IMG/VR virus record: IMGVR_UViG_3300036398_002324
Reading direction: 5' to 3' (one strand)
DNA: 64,000 nt
Source of the DNA: a virus
The translations under genes and the position numbers were made by a program. Below the pieces are notes generated by a model. The model ran no database searches and had not been told where the DNA came from. It saw nothing but the letters and a program-made list of their open reading frames with translations. Within the stretch, counting starts at the first letter, position 1, and the number at the start of each line of letters is the position of its first letter. Below, piece after piece: positions 55,663 to 64,000 of the stretch.

Positions 55663-58600
55663 GTGAAAATAGACCAACTTACATCCGCAAACACTTTTGA
55701 AGAGTGGTTGTCAACAACTTCCGGATTAATTGCTGTTGCTAATAATCTTACCAACAATACTTACGGTGGATTTTTAGCAAACTCTTCAATCTCAATTGAA
55801 GGTAATCAATCTTCAATTAATGTTCGAACACATGCGAACATTAATACACTGAGGGCAAACACGGGCAATATTGCTAATTCTTATTTTGGAAAAAGCAATG
55901 CATCGGTTGAATTAGATTTAACCGTTGGAAGAAAACTAACAGCCAATACTCTTTACGCTGATACGATTTTTGTTTTTAACAATTTAGATGAAGCAATAAG
56001 TGTATATGATCAGGCAAATGCACAATTTATACATGCAAACTCTACTTTCGTTCAATCAAATTCTGCATATAATCATACAAATTCATCCTTTAATCATGCA
56101 AACGCAGAATTTGTAAAATCTAACTCCGCATTTGTTCGTTCCAATTCTGCATTCATACAATCTAATGCAGTTTATAATCACGCAAATAGCCAATTTATAC
56201 AATCCAATGCTGCATATAATCATGTAAATTCTTCATTTAATCATGCCAATTCTAGTTTTATTAAAGTTAATACGGCATTTGATTATACAAATTCACAGTT
56301 TATACAATCGAATGCTGCATTTGCTTTGAGTAATGCTGCATTTGTTCAAGCAAATGTAACGTTTCCTCAAGCCAATTTATCATTTGCTGCTGCCAATTCT
56401 CAATTTGCATACGCAAATGTTGTGTTAACACAATCGAATTCAGCATTCATTCGTGCTAATAATTCATTAGATGCAAACAATGGCGGATTGGTAACTGCTA
56501 CACCTGCATTTTCAACTTATTCATTGGTCTATACTCGATTTTTTGGCCAGTCTTATGGCGGTGGTGTTCTTGCACCTAATGGTGATGTGCATTTTGTACC
56601 TCTTCAAGCTGATATAGGACAAAAGATATCTGCTGCTGGTGTAGTATCAACATATTCGTTAGCTTATACAACATCTGCGGCTTCTGGTATTCATAATGGT
56701 GGTGTTCTAGCAACTAATGGAGACATTCACTTTGTTCCCAATAGTTCAAGAGTTGGACAAAAAATATCTTCTGCTGGTGTTGTATCGACTTACTCATTAG
56801 CATATACTACCACAAGTGCTTATGCAGGTGGTGTTCTAGCAACTAATGAAGAAATTTACTTTGTTCCTAATTTTGCAAGAGTTGGACAAAAAATCTCTTC
56901 CGCTGGTGTAGTTTCAACTTATTCATTAGTATATACAACTTCTTCCGCTTATCAAGGTGGTGTTCTTGCACAAAATGGTGACATTCACTTTGTTCCTAAT
57001 AGAGCAATAGTAGGACAAAAAATATCATCTAGCGGCGTTGTCACAACTTATTCTTTGGTATATACCACTGTTTTAGGCGCTTATGCAGGTGGTGTTCTTG
57101 CACCCAATGGTGATATTCATTTTATTCCTCTTAGTGCTAGAGTAGGACAAAAAGTATCATCTGCTGGTGTGGTATCTACTTATTCATTGCTGTATACGGT
57201 AACTAATGCTTATGTTGATGGTGTTCTTGCACCAAATGGAGATATACATTTTGTGCCTTTTAATGCTAACAGAGGACAAAAAATAACATCTGACGGTATT
57301 GTTTTAACGTATGCATTACCATCTATCGCTGCCAGTGGATTTTTTGGCGGAGTTTTAAATACAAATAAAGAACTAATTCCAGTTCCATATTCCAGTAGTT
57401 TTGGATTAAAATTAGACTTATCAAAGACATATTCATATGATTTCGCTAATCTTACAATAAGATCGACTGAAGGTATAAAAACTGAAGTTGCTGCTGGACA
57501 AGATTCTATCATAATCAAAAATCCTATTGGTGGAACAGGAGCAAATACCGCAAATCTAACACCAAACACATTGACTGCAAATGTGACTGTAACTATTCCA
57601 AATGAATCCTTTACAGTAGGTTTCAGAAATATACCAAAAGCAAATGCATTCGTTTACTCTGATATAGTTTCAACATATGCACTAGTATACACTAGTACAA
57701 CTCCAGCAGTTTATTCTGGTGGTGTTCTTGATCCAAATGGTGATGTTCATTTTGTTGCGTTTAATGCGCCAGTTGGACAAAAAGTATCTACAGCCGGTGT
57801 GGTATCAACATATTCGTTAGTATATACAACTGGTGGGTCATATTCTGGTGGTGTTCTTGCACAGAATGGTGATATACATTTTGTTCCTTTTCTTGCCAAT
57901 AGAGGACAAAAAGTATCATCGGCTGGTGTAGTATCCACTTATTCGTTGGTATACACAACGAGTCGTGCATATGCTGGTGGCGTTCTTGCACCTAATGGTG
58001 ATATTCATTTTGTTCCCCGTAGCGCAAACAGAGGACAAAAAATATCATCGGCTGGTGTAGTATCCACTTATTCGTTGGTATACACAACGAGTTTTGCATA
58101 CTGGGGTGGTGTTCTTGCACCAAATGGCGACATCCATTTTATTCCTCAAGATGCAAATAGAGGGCAAAAAATATCCGCATCGGGTGTTGTGTCAACATAT
58201 TCACTAGCATATACTACTTCGAGCGCATATTATGGTGGTGTTCTTGATTCAAATGGTGACATACATTTTGCTCCATATAACGCAAATAGAGGACAAAAAG
58301 TTTCTGCTTCTGGTGTAGTATCCACTTATTCAATTTTATTTAACGTGCTGGAACAAAGTGCTTATAATGGTGGTGTTCTTGCACCGAATGGTGACATTCA
58401 TTTTCTTCCTGGTGATGCTAATAGAATATTAAAAATATCATCTTCTGGAATAATATCCACTTATGCAGTTGCCACACCTCTTGATTATAGTGGTGGTGTT
58501 CTTGCACCAAATGGTGAAGTTCATCTTGCTCCAGACGATGGTTTTCGTGGTCAAAAAATAACATTATCAACCGAACACACGCTTGGTAGAGATGATTTAG

Positions 58601-58857
58601 GTAAACAAGTTAAATCTTCAACATTTGCAACAATAAACATTCCAGCAGCAACATTTACTGATGGTGATGTGATCACGATTGTAAATAACGGTAGAGGAAA
58701 CGTTAATATTAATTGTGGAGCTATAACAACGTCATATATTGCGGGAATAAATACAGATGTATCTCGTGTTAAAATTGGTCCAAGAGGTATCGTAACAATC
58801 ATGTTTACAGACATTGACAGTTGTGTTTTATCTGGAACAATAATAGAATTAGAGTAA
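55663..58857 (+). CDS. tail fibre-like protein with heptad stalk and two 7-bladed propeller inserts
   Basis: NTFEEW start, SNxAF heptads, 2x7 GGVLAPNGDIHFVP repeats. Confidence 0.8.
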   Translation: MKIDQLTSANTFEEWLSTTSGLIAVANNLTNNTYGGFLANSSISIEGNQSSINVRTHANINTLRANTGNIANSYFGKSNASVELDLTVGRKLTANTLYADTIFVFNNLDEAISVYDQANAQFIHANSTFVQSNSAYNHTNSSFNHANAEFVKSNSAFVRSNSAFIQSNAVYNHANSQFIQSNAAYNHVNSSFNHANSSFIKVNTAFDYTNSQFIQSNAAFALSNAAFVQANVTFPQANLSFAAANSQFAYANVVLTQSNSAFIRANNSLDANNGGLVTATPAFSTYSLVYTRFFGQSYGGGVLAPNGDVHFVPLQADIGQKISAAGVVSTYSLAYTTSAASGIHNGGVLATNGDIHFVPNSSRVGQKISSAGVVSTYSLAYTTTSAYAGGVLATNEEIYFVPNFARVGQKISSAGVVSTYSLVYTTSSAYQGGVLAQNGDIHFVPNRAIVGQKISSSGVVTTYSLVYTTVLGAYAGGVLAPNGDIHFIPLSARVGQKVSSAGVVSTYSLLYTVTNAYVDGVLAPNGDIHFVPFNANRGQKITSDGIVLTYALPSIAASGFFGGVLNTNKELIPVPYSSSFGLKLDLSKTYSYDFANLTIRSTEGIKTEVAAGQDSIIIKNPIGGTGANTANLTPNTLTANVTVTIPNESFTVGFRNIPKANAFVYSDIVSTYALVYTSTTPAVYSGGVLDPNGDVHFVAFNAPVGQKVSTAGVVSTYSLVYTTGGSYSGGVLAQNGDIHFVPFLANRGQKVSSAGVVSTYSLVYTTSRAYAGGVLAPNGDIHFVPRSANRGQKISSAGVVSTYSLVYTTSFAYWGGVLAPNGDIHFIPQDANRGQKISASGVVSTYSLAYTTSSAYYGGVLDSNGDIHFAPYNANRGQKVSASGVVSTYSILFNVLEQSAYNGGVLAPNGDIHFLPGDANRILKISSSGIISTYAVATPLDYSGGVLAPNGEVHLAPDDGFRGQKITLSTEHTLGRDDLGKQVKSSTFATINIPAATFTDGDVITIVNNGRGNVNINCGAITTSYIAGINTDVSRVKIGPRGIVTIMFTDIDSCVLSGTIIELE

Positions 58858-58876
58858 TTATTTTTAGAAAACAAAA

Positions 58877-60202
58877 ATGGCAATAAATCAACTATCAACT
58901 TCGAATACATTTACAGACTGGTTGCAAGCAACTTCTTCATTAATTGAAGTTGCCAACAGTCTTACAAGTAATGCTAGTGGCGGTCTTATTGCCAACTCTT
59001 CAATCTTCATTCAAGGTGAAGGTGCATCATTAAACGTTCGTACACTTGCGAATATTAATACTCTGCAAGCAAATACTGCAAACATTGGTAATACCAGATT
59101 TAGTGAGAGTAATGTAAATATTCAACTAGATTTAACTGTTGGAAGAAATTTATCGACAGTTAGTATTTACGCAAACGAGATTTATCAGAAGGGTGCAAAT
59201 CTTCTACCGCTAATACAAAAGGTGCAACCCGCATATGATCACGCAAATGCTGGATTTATTCATGCAAACTCTGGTTTTATAAAAACCAATTCTGCATATG
59301 ATTCTGTAAATGCAGCATTTATACATGCCAATTCTGGTTTTATTCAAACTAATGCTGCGTTTGACCATGCTAATTCTGGTTTCATTCAAGCCAACTCAGC
59401 GTTTGTACATGCTAATTTTGGATTCACGCAAACCAACACAGCTTACACTCAAACAAATGCTGCTTTTATTACAGCAAACAGTGGATTTATTCAAACCAAT
59501 GCAGCATTTGACCACGCTAATTCAGGATTTATTCAAGCTAACACTTCTTTTGCACGTACTAATGCTGCATTCAATCATGCGAATTCAGGATTCATACAAG
59601 CAAACGCTGCATTTGATCATGCTAATTCTGGATTCATTCAAGCCAATGCAGCATTCAATAGTGCAAATGCTGCATTTATTCGTGCCAATAACTCCTTAGA
59701 TGCAAACAATGGTGGTATTGTTACTGGTAATGTTATCGTTAGATCATCTGTCGGTATAAAAGTAGAAAATGATATTTTACAAGATGCTATTATTCTAAAA
59801 GGCAGAAATGGTGGAACTAGTTCATATTCTGCAACACTTGTACCAGACACACTTACAAGTAACGTTACTGTTACGATTCCGGGTGAAAATTTCACTGTTG
59901 GTTTTAGAAACATACCATCGGCTGGAGATAAAACATTTTATACTTTACAAGTTTCTGATGTTGGAAAATATATTAAAGTTGCTGGTACAATCACGATACC
60001 AAACAACACATTTTCAGAAAATGATGTTGTAACACTTTATAATAATACAAGCACTAGCAAAACAATAACATGTGATATAGCTGTAGCTTACATTGCAGCA
60101 TTTGATACTGATGTTTCTAGTGTATCTCTTTCACCAAGAGGCATTGCAACAATTTTGTTTACAACTTCTAATAGTTGTGTGATTATGGGGAATGCTATAT
60201 AA
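58877..60202 (+). CDS. tail fibre-like paralog of 55663-58857 without propellers
   Basis: same N-terminus, ANNSLDANNGG, VGFRNIP and C-terminal domain. Confidence 0.8.
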   Translation: MAINQLSTSNTFTDWLQATSSLIEVANSLTSNASGGLIANSSIFIQGEGASLNVRTLANINTLQANTANIGNTRFSESNVNIQLDLTVGRNLSTVSIYANEIYQKGANLLPLIQKVQPAYDHANAGFIHANSGFIKTNSAYDSVNAAFIHANSGFIQTNAAFDHANSGFIQANSAFVHANFGFTQTNTAYTQTNAAFITANSGFIQTNAAFDHANSGFIQANTSFARTNAAFNHANSGFIQANAAFDHANSGFIQANAAFNSANAAFIRANNSLDANNGGIVTGNVIVRSSVGIKVENDILQDAIILKGRNGGTSSYSATLVPDTLTSNVTVTIPGENFTVGFRNIPSAGDKTFYTLQVSDVGKYIKVAGTITIPNNTFSENDVVTLYNNTSTSKTITCDIAVAYIAAFDTDVSSVSLSPRGIATILFTTSNSCVIMGNAI

Positions 60203-62673
60203 TGGCAGTTATTTTTAGAAATAGAGTTTATGGTATTACTGACCAATACGCCACTCAAAATACTTATTTTCAATTAACAGGTCCTGTTGGTCTTCCAACA
60301 GGACTAAGCTCTGGTCAAGCGTACTGGAGAATTGATGGTGCAGGAACAGGCTTTGGTCTTAGCAATGTTGCATCCGGAAATAGTATATATTATTCTATGA
60401 GTACGGGAACTGATTGGGAAGTTGGAAAAGGTAGACTGTATATTTCTGATTTTAGAGTTTACACTCAAAGGGCTTCATATACAATCAGTGATGCGTATTC
60501 GGATGGTGTTCTTGGAAATGATGGTTACATTCATTTTGTTCCATACAATGCGACTGTTGGACAAAAGATATCCGACGCTGGTGTAGTGTCAACCTATTCA
60601 TTAATTTACACCACTGCTGGTGCTTATGTTGGTGGTGTTCTTGGTGATGATGGTCATGTTTATTTTGTTCCCCACAATGCAAGAGTTGGACAAAAAGTAG
60701 ATTTCAATGGTACTGTATCAACCTATTCATTAGTATATACAACGGCTGGAGCGTATGCCGGCGGCGTTCTGGATCCATTTCAACAAGATCATATTCATTT
60801 TGTTCCACACAATGCTAATAGGGGACAACGAGTTGGCCAAGGAACAGATTATGGTTTAGTTTCAACTTATTCATTACCCTATACAACAGCTGGTGCATAT
60901 TGGGGTGGATTTCAAGGTCCATTTGCTGCAAACTTTGTTAATTATAATGCAAACCGAGGAATGAAAGTAGAGGCTAATACTGATCCCGAAACAACAACAT
61001 CAGCGCCTCCAGTAATTACAACATATACATTACCCTATACCGCTGCTGGTGCTTATCGAGGCGCTGTTTTAGATTATTTAGGTAATGCTCATTATGTTCC
61101 ATACAATGCGAATAGGGGTACTTATAATCAAGACGGAGTAGTTGAAAATATTGTAACGACATATTCACTTGCATATACAACAACGGGTGCATATTCTGGT
61201 GGTGTTTTAGACGACCTAGGTCGTCCACAAATTTTGCCTGATGGTTCTGAAGACAGTGGTCCCAGTATTCATTTTGTTCCACATAATGCAAGAGTCGGTC
61301 AGAAAATATTTCAACAATCAACTTTTGATTCAACCTTCAGTGGCATGGTAACAACATATGCTTTACCTTACACAACTACCGGAGCATATGAGGGTGGTGT
61401 AATTGAGGTGTTTTCAAAAAATATTTACTTTGTTCCACGTAATGCCAATCAAATACAAAAATTATCTTACAATACAATAACTAGAGACACAGTATATTCT
61501 TCATCAAATAATAATAATCCCGTTGATTTTGATTTTACTCCGAGCATATACGAAGGTCCTTACGTTGTTTATCCAAATGCTGTTGCCGTTGGTGGTGTTC
61601 CATCGGGGGATAACAATGAAATTGGACCGGATTTATCTGGTTGGAGAGCATTTCGTGGTTTGTTAGAACAAGGCGTTCTGGGCGGTAATGTATTTAATAA
61701 TCGTGGAGTTGGTGGAATTGTATCGACATATTCTTTGGGTTATACGCTTACTAATTCTTATCGTGGTGGTGTTCTTGCACCAAACGGAGACATTCACTTT
61801 GTTCCTTATCTGGCTAATAGAGGACAAAAAATCTCTTCATCTGGTGTCGTATCAACATATTCATTAGTTTATACTTCCGACGCTTATCTGGGTGGTGTTC
61901 TTGCACCAAATGGTGATATACATTTTATTCCTCATAGTGCTAGAGTAGGACAAAAAATTAATATAAACGGTGTTGTATCCACATATTCATTACTATATAC
62001 AACGCTCACTTCTTATGGTGGTGGTGTTCTTGCACCAAATGGAGACGTACACTTTATTCCTTATAGTGCCGAAAGAGGACAAAAAGTCTCTGCTGCTGGC
62101 GTTGTGTCAACATATTCATTAGTTTATACCGGTCCTGCCGTTTATGGTGGTGGTGTTCTTGCGCCTAATGGCGATATACATTTTGTACCGTTACAGGGTA
62201 ACAGAGGACAAAAAATATCTGCTGCTGGCGTAGTGTCAACATATTCATTGATATATACGAATTCCGGTGGTTCTTATTGGAGTGGTGTTGTTGCACCAAA
62301 TGGTGATATACATTTTATTCCTGCCAATGCTGTTGTAGGACAAAAAATATCTATTAATGGTACCGTTTCAACATATTCGTTAGTGTATACTGCAACTCTT
62401 GCTCATGCTGGTGGTGTTCTTGCGCCAAATGGTGATATTCATTTTGTTCCTTGGTGGGGAAATCGAGGACAAAAAATATCTGCTGCTGGTGTAGTGTCAA
62501 CATATCCATTGATACATACAAATGCCACTGGTTCTCATTTTGGTGGTATTCTCAGACCTAATGGTGACATACATTTTGTACCTACAAATGCTGTTGGTCA
62601 AATGATTTCAACACTTCCTAGTACACCATTACCTATGAATGCATGTCTCAGTCCATTTTTAAACAAACTTTAA
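60202..62673 (+). CDS. tail/receptor-binding protein with two 7-bladed propellers
   Basis: ATG overlaps the upstream stop; WEVGKG..RDTVYSSSN scaffold; 2x7 repeats. Confidence 0.8.
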   Translation: MAVIFRNRVYGITDQYATQNTYFQLTGPVGLPTGLSSGQAYWRIDGAGTGFGLSNVASGNSIYYSMSTGTDWEVGKGRLYISDFRVYTQRASYTISDAYSDGVLGNDGYIHFVPYNATVGQKISDAGVVSTYSLIYTTAGAYVGGVLGDDGHVYFVPHNARVGQKVDFNGTVSTYSLVYTTAGAYAGGVLDPFQQDHIHFVPHNANRGQRVGQGTDYGLVSTYSLPYTTAGAYWGGFQGPFAANFVNYNANRGMKVEANTDPETTTSAPPVITTYTLPYTAAGAYRGAVLDYLGNAHYVPYNANRGTYNQDGVVENIVTTYSLAYTTTGAYSGGVLDDLGRPQILPDGSEDSGPSIHFVPHNARVGQKIFQQSTFDSTFSGMVTTYALPYTTTGAYEGGVIEVFSKNIYFVPRNANQIQKLSYNTITRDTVYSSSNNNNPVDFDFTPSIYEGPYVVYPNAVAVGGVPSGDNNEIGPDLSGWRAFRGLLEQGVLGGNVFNNRGVGGIVSTYSLGYTLTNSYRGGVLAPNGDIHFVPYLANRGQKISSSGVVSTYSLVYTSDAYLGGVLAPNGDIHFIPHSARVGQKININGVVSTYSLLYTTLTSYGGGVLAPNGDVHFIPYSAERGQKVSAAGVVSTYSLVYTGPAVYGGGVLAPNGDIHFVPLQGNRGQKISAAGVVSTYSLIYTNSGGSYWSGVVAPNGDIHFIPANAVVGQKISINGTVSTYSLVYTATLAHAGGVLAPNGDIHFVPWWGNRGQKISAAGVVSTYPLIHTNATGSHFGGILRPNGDIHFVPTNAVGQMISTLPSTPLPMNACLSPFLNKL

Positions 62674-62682
62674 AGAAAAAAT

Positions 62683-64000
62683 ATGGCTTTTGTTGCTTTA
62701 GATAGAGCGAACGTAACATCGAATACGACTGGAACTGGTACCATATTATTTGGACCTACTGTTTCGGGATATACTGATTTTTCAGATGTTGGAAATAATA
62801 ATCAAACTTATTATGCAATTACTGATGCATCAAATTTTGAGATAGGTGTTGGTACAGTAAAAACGCAGATTCCGTCAACATATTCTCTATTATATACAAG
62901 TAATAATGCATATTACGGTGGTGTACTCGCACAAAATGGTGACATACATTTTGTTCCTTCATTTGCCGAAGTTGGACAAAAGATATCTGCTTCTGGTGTA
63001 GTTTCAACATACTCATTGATATACACACAAAATACTGATAATGGAGCACATATTGGTGGTGTTCTTGCAACAAATGGAGATATTCACTTTGTTCCTAGCG
63101 GCAGTCCGGTTGGACAAAAAGTGTCTTCGTTAGGCGTAGTATCAACATATTCGTTGATATACACTACAGCATTTGCTTATCATGGTGGTGTTTTAGATTT
63201 AAATGGAGATATTCATTTTATACCAAGAGATGCACCCGTTGGACAAAAAATATCCTCGGCTGGTGTCGTGTCAACATATTCATTGGTATATACCAGATCG
63301 GATGCATACGCCGGTGGTGTTTTAGATTTAAATGGAGATATACATTTTGTTCCCAATGAATCTGAAATTGGTCAAAAAATTTCAACAACTTCGGGTGTCG
63401 TATCAACATATTCATTAGTATATACTACTTCTGATGCATATCAAAGTGGTGTTCTTGCATCCAATGGCGATGTTTATTTCATTCCGGAAAATGCTTCGGT
63501 TGGACAGAAAATATCTAAAACTGGTGTTGTGTCAACTTATTCGTTAATATACACCAACACTTTGGCATATCACGCTGGCGGAGTTCTTGCTCCCAATGGA
63601 GATATACATTTTGTTCCATATCGTTCACCCGTTGGACAAAAAATTTCAACGACCACTGGCATTGTTTCAACATATTCACTAGCTTACACCACATCGACTT
63701 CTTATTTTGGTGGTGTTTTGGATGCAAATAATAACATACAATTCGTTCCATTTGATGCAACAGTTGGACAAAAAATAACAACACCTCGAATGGAAAGAGA
63801 CTTTGTACTTGCATCAAGTAACAATGATAATAAAGTAAATTTCTCTGCTGGCACGAAAAGTGTTTATATTCCACAGCCATCAACACTAGTGCAAGGTTCC
63901 GCTGCTACGGCAGATGATTCTTCAATTGATTCGAGTTTAAATGCGTGGAAAGGACTTCAAAGAAGTTTGATGAAAAGCATTACAGCTGGAACGACATTCA
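62683..64000 (+). CDS. tail/receptor-binding protein with 7-bladed propeller (runs off window; not in ORF track)
   Basis: MAFVALDRANVTSNTTGTGT..FEIGVGT-[7 repeats]-RMERDFVLASSNNDNKVNFSAGTKSVY. Confidence 0.8.
   Translation, partial: MAFVALDRANVTSNTTGTGTILFGPTVSGYTDFSDVGNNNQTYYAITDASNFEIGVGTVKTQIPSTYSLLYTSNNAYYGGVLAQNGDIHFVPSFAEVGQKISASGVVSTYSLIYTQNTDNGAHIGGVLATNGDIHFVPSGSPVGQKVSSLGVVSTYSLIYTTAFAYHGGVLDLNGDIHFIPRDAPVGQKISSAGVVSTYSLVYTRSDAYAGGVLDLNGDIHFVPNESEIGQKISTTSGVVSTYSLVYTTSDAYQSGVLASNGDVYFIPENASVGQKISKTGVVSTYSLIYTNTLAYHAGGVLAPNGDIHFVPYRSPVGQKISTTTGIVSTYSLAYTTSTSYFGGVLDANNNIQFVPFDATVGQKITTPRMERDFVLASSNNDNKVNFSAGTKSVYIPQPSTLVQGSAATADDSSIDSSLNAWKGLQRSLMKSITAGTTF

Larger units (their letters stand above)
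56500..63780 (+). repeat. about 130-nt coding repeat family (35 copies in five blocks of 7)
   Basis: recurrent GGTGGTGTTCTTGCACCAAATGG..CATTTTGTTCC..GGACAAAAA..TCAACATATTC. Confidence 0.85.

Noticed and set aside
56500-63780. Regular repeats with variable segments as a CRISPR array or DGR target
   Set aside because: The repeats are in-frame coding units with synonymous variation. No cas or reverse transcriptase gene, template repeat or adenine-specific pattern is visible in the window.
1-64000. Introns, inteins, homing endonucleases, integrase or IS elements
   Set aside because: No recognisable motifs or interrupted core genes were seen by eye; a profile search would be needed to exclude them fully.

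Overview
64-kb segment of a T4-like myovirus genome, AT-rich, with no cellular rRNA or housekeeping context. The host is probably a betaproteobacterium, inferred from the tmRNA tag ANDELYALAA and the PqqA-like and rubrerythrin genes. 1-25.6 kb holds early/middle accessory and replication genes (rnh, gp33, gp59, gp32, DenV-like, exonuclease, sugar enzymes, ClpP), an array of 22 tRNAs covering all 20 amino acids with interleaved structured RNAs, and a circularly permuted tmRNA. 25.7-33.2 kb (minus strand) holds two hydrolase-bearing tape-measure/hub-like proteins, gp26 plus a gp51-like ORF, a gp54-like gene, gp2 and gp4. 33.2-64 kb holds the baseplate (gp48, gp53, hub, gp5, PAAR, gp25, gp6, gp7, gp8), a VrlC-like protein and repeat-rich fibre proteins. 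Headline candidate system: directly upstream of the tRNA array, a T4 late promoter drives a leaderless 31-codon peptide that contains all 20 amino acids (28 distinct codons). It ends on the 5' strand of an antiterminator that competes with an intrinsic terminator, which looks like a ribosome-mediated attenuator sensing loss of almost any tRNA. Other notable items are an ArfA-like peptide, a phage PqqA, a predicted -1 frameshift gp26/gp51 chaperone, and five 7-bladed propeller modules in fibre proteins, four of them inserted within the scaffold. All calls are by eye; no database searches or folding programs were run.
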